DNA of 64,000 nucleotides from Owenia fusiformis (Eukaryota): NCBI GenBank assembly GCA_903813345.2, contig CAIIXF020000001.1, positions 31,620,001 to 31,684,000 of the forward strand, read 5' to 3'. Shown piece by piece: positions 30,287 to 43,426 of this stretch (position 1 is its first letter; each line of letters starts with the position of its first letter). The notes under the pieces were generated by a model. It saw only the letters and a program-made list of their open reading frames with translations, ran no database searches and was not told where the DNA came from. The position numbers and the translations under genes were made by a program.

Positions 30287-33200
30287 TTAAGCAGTCACGG
30301 GGAAGCATCTATGCGGGATCTTCACCATGGTTTCCCAGGGCTCAACTTCACCCGAAATGCGACATTCTGTGTTAGGTGGACATCTGCAGTGACTGTAATG
30401 ACACATTGAAAAAGAATTAGAAAACAAGAAAAACAGCAACACCACGGAGTAGCGTGCCTACCGAACGAAGCATATCTCATAATTATCGAATCTCTCCTAA
30501 TTTTGCAGGATAGATACAGGCAGGTGGGAGAAGTTTCTTAGCACTTAGCCAAAACAATATACCTGCAACATATATATCCAATAATTTTTACATTGAATTT
30601 AAAAGCTAATATGTCAAATTCTCATAAATCTATCAATTCAATTCAATTTCAAAGTAATTTTGTTTCAATTTTCATACAGAAAGCTTAACATAAAGCAGTA
30701 ACCTATATAAGTTTGCAAGAACGTCTGAATGTTTGACAAAAATGGTTACCATTTTGAATTTGGAACATGACTAACACTTAAGGTGGTATAAAGAGGCAAT
30801 CATGTACTGGCTCAAATATTTTTTGCAGAAAATGTCTACCAGTTTTATATTGGGTAGCCATTTTGATTAACGATTAACTTCGTTCGGTGGATCGGAATAA
30901 TTATGGCAGCCAGTGTTGCTCTATAAACTGCTAAAGTTGGCATATTTCACATTCCACTATTGTGTTAGTATTCGCTAGCTTTGGAGAATGAGGGTCTTAC
31001 TAAAATAAATCATTTATATTCATAAGAAACAAAAACAAAACAATAACAAGCTACAAGAATAAAGTCATCTTAATCTTGGCCTTGGCAAAATAAGTCAATC
31101 TAACCAGAGGAGTAGTATAACTATTAATAAGTTCAATCTAAAAGCTGATGAATTCATGATCTTACATATTGAGCTTGGCCTATAGATGAATTTAACATCA
31201 CGTGCAAATCGCCATAACAATATGATTCTAGAAAAGAGAGTGCTGCAATTCCATCAGAACATCAGTCCATTTATATAAGAAATATATACATGTATACTCA
31301 CGATCCTCTTTCGACTACTTTGAAGCATCCTTTACGTTCAGTGTGGCGCACAAACCATTGACAGACCGTCCAGTTGCACGCAGTATAAGACCCACATTCA
31401 CGAGCATCGAACCTGTAGCTTCTCTTCTGCTGAAATTCAAAGTTGCATTTGGTAAGAAGTAGATCCTGATAATGACAGTTCCTAGCGATTTTGAAAATCA
31501 TAGAAATTTGCAATGACTTCAAAAGTTAGGAATGGTCGAAGTTCGTACACTTTCGTATTACAACCGAAAGTGTACGACGTGTTCTAACTTCTTGGTGAAT
31601 TTTGACGTTAGTATTCATTTAATTTGACCTGTTGAAAGAATATTTTAATCTCGCAGAAACATCCACCATGCTACGCAGATGTGTTCCTTGGATTTGTTGG
31701 TTGAAATCGTCACATCAAAACGATCTAGAACTTCTCAAATCTTCTTGACAGCACGACAATTTGTTGAAATATTGATACGTCTTCATTATACATCATTCAG
31801 ATACTTTTATTCCAAAAATAAATTGAATTTGTATAAAAAATGTACGAAGTGAAGGGTGTGTACGAAGTGCATCACGAAACTGTTGCTAAATATGTCTTTA
31901 GCGTACACTTCGTACACGACCTTTATGTCGTACACTTTTCAAATAAAATTAAATATATGAATTCTTCCATGTATTCTGAAAACTGAAGTGTTGGGTACAG
32001 TATAATGATTATTTTGATAATTTCTATAGATTGAGCTCAAACTGTTGAAAATATGCTCGGTTCATTGAAAAAATGATATTTTTCTAATTCTAAATATTGA
32101 CGTTCTTTCAAGTTCCATATATATAGTTTGGAGATTAAGAGTAGCGACGAATTAATACTAGGGACATATCTGCGTAGCATGGTAGATGTTTCTGTGAGAG
32201 CCAAAGACTCAAAAGATCAAATATCAAATTAAATGAATACTACCGCCAATATTCACCTAGAACACGTCGTATGTACATGTAGTTTCGGTTGTACGACGTG
32301 TTTAGAACGGGGTGTGTTGACTCTCATTTGTAATAAATGCATCCATCATCAGGGGCGTATATTGCCAGGATGTATATTTGGGCGAGGCAAAATAAACAGG
32401 GGAGTCATATTTAGGTATTAAACATTTGGACTTTATTTCAACAGTTTTAATTGCCCCGCCTGCCTCACCACGTCCATTATGATTTAAATGAGTGAACGAA
32501 GAAATCTGATTCAATGATTTTCATTTGATGTAATCTAATCCAATATTTTATTTCAGTCAATTTTTATGAATAATTCATTGCAAGTTATTGTTGCAGCAAA
32601 TTTGGCGTGGTATGCTTTGATGAGAGCGTGGGTAAACTTCAAATCATTATTTTATTCAAAATCTAATTTTCCGCTCGTATAGAAGGTAACTGTCATTTTA
32701 TGATGAAATTACTTGTTGAAATCTAACTAAAAACCGTTTTTAATATCTAATTAGAATAGTTGTTCCTATACAATAGCACGAATGTTTTATTCATTTGGCA
32801 TTCCGTCTCTGCTTAGAAAAGATACAGAAGCATTACCCATTGGGGAAATTCTCCACTTTGCGCCATTATATGTTCATTCGTTTATATTATTCATAAAGCA
32901 AAAAATATTGATTGATTTGATTAAAGATTCGACGCTAATTGCCTACATATTTATGGAATTTTGATGAAAATCAGGTGCTGTTTATCATTGATAGTCATAC
33001 TATGTCCCGATCTCATGTACATTTACGTTGCAAACAGTGAAAATAATGCTAAAACGGCCGCCTGTTGATGCTTTGAGGTGTCATCAATTGTTATTTAATC
33101 CAAATAAACTAAACATTATTTTGTAGATTTAGACACGGGCTTTCAGGTAGTATATGCATTTTAGTCATTAAATGAACAAGAACGCTAGATTATACGTGTT

Positions 33201-36200
33201 AATAGGGTATCAAATTGAAATAAAATAACGAAATTAAATATGAACACATTAATGATAAATGACTTTCCGCTATCAGTATTAATGACTATCCGCTACTCAG
33301 AATAATTAAAATTGTCTGAACTACATGTGAAGAATCCTTCTATATAACCCCTTGAATGGTCTAATTCACTACCGTCCTCAAAAACCGATCATTTGAAATA
33401 TTTTGTTCAAAATACTATCATGCCACGACTTGAGAGATATTTTGTTCTTCACGATTTGCTGTAGCGCCAGCGCTGATACGACGTCGTATTTCTCTATTTT
33501 TGTAAAAAAAATCGTCGATGGGACAAATTATGTCACGCACATATTAAACAATAACTGAAGATCTATGAAGGGATGATAGTCATGTGATATATCATTGGAA
33601 TCTTGAGTTTATGAGCATTTTTATGATAATATAATATCATATATTTTCAAAGTTTATATTCATTCCTTTCTTCCCTGGATTCAGCCTACTAAAATTCAAA
33701 GGAAAAAAATCGAGATGGGACAATTCTCTGTCACGCACGTTTAAAGGAAAATCTCATACTTAGCTTAATCTAAAGATGTTAAACGTGATGAATCATAAAA
33801 TATGGGCCATGAGCATTCTCTACATACCAAATATGTTATCATTTGTTTTCCTGATATCATTTTAGACTGCTATTAAAAGCACCCTAATCAATTTTGACAA
33901 CGTCAAAATATTTTGGAACAAAAGAATGCTGAATTTGACCAAGTCATATTACTTGGTCCAAATACATGCAAAGCAATGCAACTGAACTTAAAATTATAGT
34001 ATATGTAGTACAAGGGCAATGCTTTTATGACATTATAAAATATCTAGTTGAATGTCACTAGAAAAACATAATTTTGTGTATTTAAATGACGAGAGTCTTT
34101 GAAACTCGCCATATTTCTATCAATTTTTTTCTTGGTACAAAACAGACACAAGTCGCAAAATGCTTGCTATGTAAACAAAATAAATACAAAACATATATTT
34201 TTAAAGTTAAGTTCTAGCTGAACATATATAGAATAAGTAATAATGACATCTTTTTCATAGGTTTGATTTTTAAATAAGATAATAAGGGCCTAAGGTCCTT
34301 ACCAACATCTATTTTTCGAGTTTTACACATTTTTACTATTTCTTGGGCATCCAAGATGGCGGATATGCGTTGATGACGTCACAAGATCATGTGACGTCAT
34401 AAACGATCATCAGCAATTGTTGTCCCATACCGAATTTGAACTAAATTGGTTAAGGAATAAAAAAGTTATGACCAAATTACCATATTTCAAAATTATCAAA
34501 TGCAACGTTTTACATGGTAAAAATGTGCACTTTAAAACTCAATAGAGTCTTTTAAGCGTCCCTTATCTAAAAAATAGGAAATAAAAATTAAATATTAATA
34601 TACCATATAATTTTCATTTCAATTACCTATGTTTTGATATCTAACATGTTATATATTATGCTAAAACCATTGTTCAAGAGTCGTCCGAAAATAGATGTAC
34701 CATTGCGTGTTAGTAATTCTGTAAATGTACATGAGATCGGGACATAGTATGAGTAAGTATAACCAACATTGATCTTGCAGATTTAAATTTACTTTGGAAT
34801 TCTATTGAGTAAAGGTTTTTTCACAGACTATCAGGAATAAAGTTAGTGATTTGTATAGATGTATGATAGATCACAAGTTCGAAGATGTTAACAATAAAAC
34901 TATTTGCAAAACTAAAAGTATCTATGTTACATGTGTTAGTCTCAGATAAAATTTATAAATAATCAATAAACCATGCTTTAAAATTTTATACACTTTTTAA
35001 GCTGAATATATTTAAGATGCACAATCGTTTTTGACCTTTTTTACCTTGAGCAGGTCATTGAAGGTCAAATCACAAATCTGAAGTCAGATTTGAACTTCTA
35101 AGAACAAAATGATCAATTTGAAGGAAGTTGAAAAATACCTTTTTTACTGTCTTGACCTTGAAAAGGTCATTTGAGGTCGAATCTCAAACTTGTAGATGAT
35201 TTTGAAAAAAAATCTAAACAGTATTTGACAGTATATGAGTTGTAAGAATGTGTTACAGACGCCGACCGCCAACTGCCAGCCGCCGTCACAAATTGAACGG
35301 AGATCATAACAATATGATACCACTTTTGGTGCAGAACTATGTAAAATAACAATCTTGAGATGACTATTGCATTTTGGATACCTGGCTGCCCGCTCATTAA
35401 TAAACAATCCATATTACTAAGATTATTCATTAAATGAAGTGGCATAACTCAGACTATACTTAGTATTTATTCCTTGCGACAATATTCTGCAAAAATTAGA
35501 ATTTTTATTTGACCTTATTCAGATTATTACATTACAACTCAAAAGAAATTAAGATTACGAGATAGTCCATTCAAATGAATGGAGATTACATGCAGTAAAC
35601 ACGTGCTGCAATCCGAGCCCGTAATTGACGTAAAGCAATTTCATTCGCTGGAGTCTGCTATGTGATGGAATGTCCTCATAGAACCTTTAAATTACATCAT
35701 GCCACTAACATGGCATGGCATGACAATCGTTTAGCAAAACTGGCATGTTTTCAAACCTTCTGAAGAGATATCAGTTATTATTTATCAACAGTTATAACTA
35801 TATTGATCAATAAACAAATATTATGTGATGTGAGATACCACTTATTTATTTAGTGTGGTAATTATATGAGTGGTATGATTGATAAATTATAAAGAAATTG
35901 AGGAAGTCTAGAAGATTCTAAGCTCACAGCGGGGTTATCAAGTACCCCTGTTTCTCACTCCTACGTGTCGGTAAGTGAGTGCACTTTACAAACGGTATCA
36001 CTTATCTTCAACACTTCGAGATTTTTATACTGCGTTACTTTTGACCACATACTTTTAACTAGACGTGATTAATAATCTGAGTCATTTTAACTTGAACATC
36101 ACGTTTGCGAACTTTTTACGCAATATAAATTCAGTAGACCCTTGGACCCTTCATCTTTTTCAAAAATACAAAAACGATTTATCTATATTGTTAACTTGAA

Positions 36201-39200
36201 TTTTAGAGGTTATCGACCTTTGTAAATAAGATACCATATAGTAATATGATGAATTGAATCTGCGGTTTTATGTGAGACCAGAAAAGATTTCAATAATGTA
36301 CGAAATGAGATGAGATGATGAAGCCTCGTGTTAAATGTTCAAGTACCTTATCGGAATTATGGAATGTTTGGAATTTCTTCGAGGCCAAATTTGTACTACA
36401 GCAAGTAAAAAGAGGACAGGACAACTTTGCCGATTTAGTGCAGCCCGATCAAAAAATATTCATTTGTTATTACAGAAAAGGAAAACGGATAGCGTTTATG
36501 GAGTTTTAGAAATGTGTCGATTTCTATTTTTTCATTTTGCTATTATATCTATTTCTGAGACGTAATAGTGGCTGTTGTGATTCATATCAATCGATGTTTG
36601 GTGTTTTTGATGACACTTATACACTTAAGTACTCTTTGCTGATGTAACAACCATATTTATCTTCACAAATGGATCTTCCAAATCCCAATTTAAAGGCAGA
36701 ATCAGATCTATGAGGGTGACAAAATTACAAGCAACATGTATAGTTGACCTACCAATCTATTCCTTACAATTTCAAATACAATATCTCCCAAAAGATTCAT
36801 GATATGCTATAAAATGTTTAAGTTATAATGGATTCAAAGTTCAAAAATGGGTGAAAATGTTTCTCCCAAATAATAAGAATGGTAACCATTCTTATAGAAA
36901 AATAATACATTTTTGAAAAAATCTTTAGTTTACCTGAAATAAAGTGTGCACATTTGGAATTTTTAGAAAATAGACATGAAAGGGAATGACATAAGCCAGA
37001 AATATTCTAAAATTGAAACAATTTTTTGTCTTTAATCTAGACTTTGACGTAGGGATAGATTAAATAAAATATGTTTAGATCCTCACACAACCATGATTTC
37101 AAACTGTGTAATAGATTATATTCATTCACACATCATTCTAGCATACACTAATAGTATTTTATTCAAATTGATTAATATTTAAAAATCCAATAAGACAGTT
37201 TTACAAGAAAATGATGAAATCATTTACTTTCTCTTTCATGATCTCACTTTTTGTCTTTTTGTCAGTATATACAAATCAGATGTCACTCCACTCGTTTATC
37301 ACTTAAACTGAGAACTATGAACATGGTTTCAAAGTTTGCTTCATTAAAAGTGTGCAAGTCAGAAGAAAATGAAAGTCTATACTCATTAAATATCAATATC
37401 AATAAGTTTCGCTCAAGCGGGTTATTTTCCAAAGGAGAGGTATCGATATGGAGAACTGAATTCAACAATGTTTTTCTCTTAAACCAATCATTGAAAATAT
37501 TCTGTAAAAACACGATATTCTATGTAATGTTGACTGATTGACAACAATTTAATGCGAAAATCATATAGAAATATTTTATATAACTGTTTTTGTTAACATT
37601 TTTTGATTTTTTAGTGCAATTGTTTTTGCTCCTTTCTACCAATTCTTGAGAATGAAATAAAATGTCTTTCCGAACCTTGTTGGAACAAAATAGCATATAC
37701 AACATGTTTTTAGACCTCTCAATACTATAGTTATACAAAGGAATTTTTGGTTGATTTTAAAAAAGTGTTCAAAAAATTAAAACAAAATCCCCAAAAATAG
37801 ATAAAAATCAAGATAAACCTTTTATTTCATTAAAAAGATATTTTTAAAATCAATCAAAATGTACAATTACAATATTGAGAGACCTAAACATGAACTGTGT
37901 TTATGTCGTTTTGTTCCAATGAGGTTCGGAAAGATGTTTCATTTCACTCTAGAAACATGATACCAAGAACAAAACAAGTGTTTGATGTGTTTTCTAAAAC
38001 AATATAGATGAAAGTTTATATAGATGTATTTCAAATTATATTGTTACCATTCAAAAGATGACCATTAAATTGACGATGTGTTAAATTTTTAGATTTTTTA
38101 TGACTGGTTTAAGAGAAACGTTTGTTCAAAAAGTTCTCCATATCGATATCACTCCTTTATGGAGTTTTAAGATTATTTCAAAATGACCTTAAACCCCAAA
38201 GGAACTTTAAATAAAGTTTTCAATTTTGACCTTGATGAGTAAGGATTGAAATATGTGTTTTCAGTAACTAGGTATCTAGTATACTATTTATCTGATTAAG
38301 TTGAAATCAATCAAATTGTAACTAGATAATGACCGATAAATATAGGTTATTTACTGGCAGGGATTGAATATGGGTTTTATTCCGAGGGATAATATGATAT
38401 TGACCGAAGGGTAATATGATATTGACCGAAGGAGCGCAGCGACCGAGTGATATGATATTGCCCAAGGTCCTACCTTTATAAAGGTAGGAGAATGAGATCT
38501 GGAGAACGCCCAATGCTCTGGTTATGAGTTTTATGCAGCAGCTTGAGAGTTTGAATCGGTTGAAAGCGATACACCACACCATATCACACCACTCATACCA
38601 TATTTGTGATGGAACATAAGTCAGGATGAAGTACCACTGATACACTTGCAAACTGCGCGCCTCTTCCAAAATGGTAGGAGGGGAAATCACGTCTTCCAAG
38701 TTCCAAAAGTACCAAAAAATATTGGAAATGCACGGGCAGTTTCGTTTGTTAGACGGTACCATTATATGGACGCATTGCAGAAAACAACGACTGCAGAAAA
38801 CAATGCAGTTTGAACGTCTTAAAGTAAGTAAGAAATAGACTCCAACTTGAAATATTGCTAGGCGCGCAGTTTAAGGTTCCTAAACCCAAGCATGGTTAAA
38901 AGGCAACAAAAGTAACCTCAATGAACGACTTGTTTCGAAATGGTATTAATCTAGATTATGAGCCCCTTACTACCCCCCCCCCCCTTGTAAAAAGTAAAAA
39001 ACTATGGAGCAAATTCAATAAACAGTTTGGGAGATGATTTCTAAAAAATGTACTTTTGATAAACCCCAAACCGTACTTCTTTACATGAATCCTTTCATCA
39101 TACAGTAGTTTGACACTTCATTTTTCATTCATAGGCTCCTTCCTTCACTATAAAAGAATAACTTTCAATCAAGTTAAGTTTGAAATCAAGTCTTATGATA

Positions 39201-40115
39201 GTGTCTTGAAATAAAATGGTAATTCACTTAATTAATTAAATTGTTAATGGGGCAATTTTGTAACCTCACTCACATTCAAATGTCATATTGCTGGAACCTT
39301 GGAACAAATTGCGTCATTTATTTAGTATTAAGGAACGGACGCTATCTTTTACTCAGCTATTAATTGCCATTTCCCAGCATTCTAATTATACATTTATCGT
39401 TTGTGAGATCCTTGGAAGGAATGAGTTGACATGTGAATCATGATGATTTCACTGTAAATAACGGACATACTCAATGCTACTCATAATAACTACTCATTAT
39501 CTTGTATGTGTGTGCCATTATGAAACTTAATACATCAGTTATTACTTCATCTGATTAGTGACCTCATTTTTGACCCAACTTTTCACCTCCTCAAAATGCA
39601 TGGCATTAAAAATATATTCCAAAACTTATTGTACAAAATAAAATGTATGGAATGGCGTTAATCTGTTAATAAATAAAAACTTACGAAACGCCACTCACTC
39701 TAATCATTGATAAATAACTATCATTAGTTCTCATTGAATGTTAAATATATATACAAATTAATCAATGATTCAGCCCTTTGGGAAACTGAAATGGCATCGA
39801 ATTAAATTAAAGTCAAAGAGTGATCGGATAAAAAAAAATCCATTTCGCTATTAAAGATGCACCTGGTCATTCTAATGATTACAAGCTTTAATTCAATCAT
39901 ATAACTAACGTGTTGAAGACACTCAACATTCATATCACATACAATAAAACTATAGTTACACTCACTAAATAACGCATTAAAACCATAACATCATTTTTCC
40001 TAAATAAATGAAACTTTTAATCTAGCAATCTTACCTTAATGGATGCTGCAGATAATAATGTTATCACAGTCAAAAATATTGAGCACAGTAGGATTTCTTT
40101 CACTTTTATCACCAT
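30287..40115 (-). CDS. Small secreted cysteine-rich prepropeptide (neuropeptide/toxin/ligand-like)
   Basis: Exon 40115-40035 MVIKVKEILLCSIFLTVITLLSAASIK (signal peptide, donor AAG|GTAAG); candidate exon 36806-36753 HIMNLLGDIVFEIVRNRL; exon 31429-31302 QKRSYRFDARECGSYTACNWTVCQWFVRHTERKGCFKVVERG (donor TC|GTGAGT); exon 30392-30287 (S)HCRCPPNTECRISGEVEPWETMVKIPHRCFPVTA*. Phases match; other small propeptide exons may be missed. Confidence 0.75.
32996..34751. mobile_element. TIR element, 31-bp TIR, 3-bp TSD
   Basis: CATACTATGTCCCGATCTCATGTACATTTAC and its exact reverse complement; AGT at 32993-32995 and 34752-34754. Confidence 0.8.
37431..38158. mobile_element. MITE (copy A)
   Basis: AAAGGAGAGGTATCGATATGGAGAAC ... 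GTTCTCCATATCGATATCACTCCTTT; body is the reverse complement of ~42610-43201. Confidence 0.75.
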
Positions 40116-40209
40116 TATAAAATTGTTTGTTGTCGTCCTTTCGATCCTTCAAATTGGCGTGTGTGAATACTTGAGAAGTTTTCTGATAGAAGTGGATGAA
40201 CAGATCGCT

Positions 40210-40240
40210 CGCGTCACCTTATATAGCAGCTCGTCATCAA
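40210..40240 (-). promoter_or_regulatory. TATA box with flanking CRE half-sites for the secreted-peptide gene
   Basis: Minus-strand TATATAAG at 40225-40218, ~105 nt upstream of the ATG at 40115; TGACG at 40236-40232 and 40216-40212. Confidence 0.6.
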
Positions 40241-41272
40241 TGAAGCTAGAGAATTCCTGTATCGTGAGGAGGAGTGCACATTTATTAGTTTCACATTGCA
40301 ATATAAAAGAGGCAACAATGAACATGTAAAGGCGAATATGAAGGCAATTGCTTCTAAATCAACTGGTGTCAACTAATTTCTGTTATGTGTGTCATGTGTG
40401 CCACGAGATCAAGCGAGACAAACTAACTAATTAGCGTAATTTTACTTCCAAGACAGAACAAATGACTCGCTTTCTATTTTTGCTAGAATCCACTACTTGG
40501 AAAAGGCATGAAGAATATTGTCCTTATTTGTATTGGTACCGACCTGGTCCAATTGTGTTGGACTAATAGGCAGACTTACATAACGGGTATCATCCCGTGC
40601 AAATGTATGGGAAACTAGAAATATGTACCAATATGCACATGTAGCATGCAAAAACCTACCAAAAGAGCCAAACAGAAAGGTGGTATCCGAGTAAATCCCC
40701 TACAGGTTGGATTCAACAGATGGGCTAATATTGAGTATTTTTGTATAAATATTATTAGTGCCATCTTTCTGCAAGAAATGTCAACATCAACGATAACATC
40801 AGTTGTTAAACCGTACAAAAGATATAACACGTTTTCTGATTGGGAAAAGTTAAGGGAATTGAGACATGATGTAAAATTCAGTAAAATTCAAGTAATAGTT
40901 GAAGAAAACATTTGGTCAACCACAAATATGCTGACAAAGTAGTACATATTGAAATATTGAGTCTGGGAAAGGATGTTATGATTATATGCTACGAACTGAT
41001 CCGTGGACCTTCGTACTTCGACCTTCCTAAGTTTTTTGAAGGAGAAATACGTCAATTGTCAAATTATGAAAATATATCCTTGTATCCTTGTTGCACTGTC
41101 ACCCAGTGCACTAAATTGCAATTTTGACTCCAGGAGTTTTAGTCCTACTATGATATATTTGGAATTGCACCAATCATGTTGCACTTGTCTCTATGGAGGT
41201 ATATTTGTATATCCTCCATGATTTATTAGGTTGAGATAGTTTGGGTATGGTTCTTTGACATGTTTATCCAGC

Positions 41273-43201
41273 AAAGGATGGGTATCGATATGGCGAACTT
41301 TTTGAACACACGTTTCTCTTAAACCAGTCATCAAACAATTCTGGAAAGGATGTGTCCGGATATATGCCCTTTCGGTCCCTCAGTCAAATGTATGTGAAAT
41401 ATGGTTTTTATAACTGTCCTAGTTATATTTGATAAGTATATTTACTTTTTCATGAGTTTTGATGCATAATTAGCCCCCTGCTGAGAGTCAGAATAAGTAG
41501 CCTAACAAAACATTTTGAGCTTAATGAAAGATTATAGAATGATGAACAAATGGGGCAAATCTTGTGTAGAAATACTTACGATAAATGTGTCATTTCAAAG
41601 ATTTTTCATTGAATTTGCTTCGATCGGAGCCGGCGATATGATTTTGGAAAGGTTTCTAAATGAAGAACGTGACGTCACTTCCGAATCATAGCATTCAAAA
41701 TAAGTAGCGTTTAATTACTCCCACCATTCATAATAATACGGTGGTGTAGCGGTAGGATCCTCGCTGAGCACGCGGGAGGCCCGGGTTTGAATCCCGCATT
41801 CGCCTTTTTATTTTTTTAACTAAATGATTGTTCTTTGATATTACGCAGAAAAAACAATTTTTATTTACATAAACTTTATATTCGAGCTTGAAAATGTAAA
41901 AACAATATATGTCAACATATTGCGTTTTGGAGCGATGTGCAGGTTTAAGGATTAATTTTTTTTTCAAATTTTTGAATTTCCCGCCAGTTTAATTTGAAGG
42001 GGGAAAAACAAGATGGCTGCCTTTTGATGTAAGAAATATCAGAAAAAAAGTTGCTTCACTTTTAGTTTTCACAATGAACACAGTTTTCCGGTTTAGGTTC
42101 TTTGAATGATTCTGACTCTTCATCACCAGGGTCATGTATAGGGATTATAAAATTGAAACCAAAATGTTGTGCTCAGCATGAATTTGACTGAAATATGTGT
42201 AACTTCACCAACACAATTGAAGTCTCAAAACTGGATGGTTAGTAAATTAAATTTGAGTGACTATAATCCCTTGATTACCAAGATAGACACCGATTCACTT
42301 ATCCACAAATACCATTCACTGTCTATACAAAGAAAGTAAGCAATGTTTTGGAGGATATGTTTCAAACGTTTTGTATAAATAATTCATTTATTATTTGCCA
42401 TTGTTTTTTTCAATTCTGATAAAGTGATATGCACTGTCTTTGATGCCAATATTCTTCATCAATTGTGATAAAAATTGATATTTTAGTAATCTCAGAAGAA
42501 GGATAAGATATTGAAGTTTAATAATATGTGTGATTGAGTTGGTTTTTCAGACATTACAATTTTCAATATTTTCTAAGTCGATACCCAGACTCATTCCCTG
42601 AATCATCCTTTTACACATTGTCAATTTAATGGTCATCTTCTGAATGGTAACAATATAATTTGAAATAGATATATATCCTCTTCTCTATATTGTATTAGAA
42701 AACACATCGAACACTTCTTTTGTTCTTGGTATCAAATGTTCGGAATGAAATCCGAACCTCATTGGAACAAAATGACATAAACACAGCGTGTTTATGTCTC
42801 TCAATATTGTAATTATACAAAGGAAAGTTTGGTTGATTTAAAAAAGTATCTTGTTAATGAAATTAAAGGTTTATCTTAGTTTTTATCTATATCGGGGGTT
42901 TTTGTTTAAATTTTTTGAATACTTTTTGTTAAATTAACCAAAATTTCCTTTGTACAACTATAATATTGGGAAGTCTGAGAACATGTTGTATATGCTATTT
43001 TGTTCAAACAAGCTTCGGAAACATATTTTATTTCATTCTCAAGAAATGGTAAAAAGAACAAAAAACAATTGCACTAAAATTAAATTGTTGTCAATCAGTC
43101 AACATTACATAAAGGACCGTGTTTTTACAGAATGTTTTCAATAATTGGTTTGAGAGAAAAACATTGTTGAATTTAGTTCTCCATATCGATACCAATCCTT
43201 T
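41273..43201. mobile_element. MITE (copy B, inverted relative to copy A) with nested insertion
   Basis: AAAGGATGGGTATCGATATGGCGAAC ... GTTCTCCATATCGATACCAATCCTTT; nested element ~41475-42131 (CCCCTG..GAGAGTCAGAAT / ATTCTGACTCT..CAGGGG). Confidence 0.7.
41735..41810 (+). pseudogene. tRNA-derived sequence (Ala-AGC-like loop), probably non-functional
   Basis: A-box TGGTGTAGCGG, anticodon arm CTCGC-TGAGCAC-GCGGG, T-arm CCGGGTTTGAATCCCG, T-run after; acceptor stem does not pair. Confidence 0.55.
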
Positions 43202-43426
43202 CAATTTTCAGAAATTGTTTACTTTGAAAGAGAACATATGATGTAATGATGATCATAAATGGTTTCAAAGTTTATTTCCTGTTTGTAATACGATATGACT
43301 ACAATATACATTTATACAGACATGATCCTTGTAGCTGAAATGAGAAAGCAGGATGTTCTAACACATTTCGTGGGTCAATAGTAAAAGATTTATTTTTCAG
43401 ATCAGAAAAAATACAATTCACTTATC

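Noticed and set aside
37227..39690. Possible micro-exons TKSEIMKEK (~37253-37227) and SEWRF (~39689-39675) of the peptide gene
   Set aside because: Phase-compatible but acceptors are weak; cannot be supported without transcripts.
41735..41810. Functional tRNA-Ala gene
   Set aside because: Acceptor stem does not pair, T-loop is TTTGAAT, and it sits inside a repeat.
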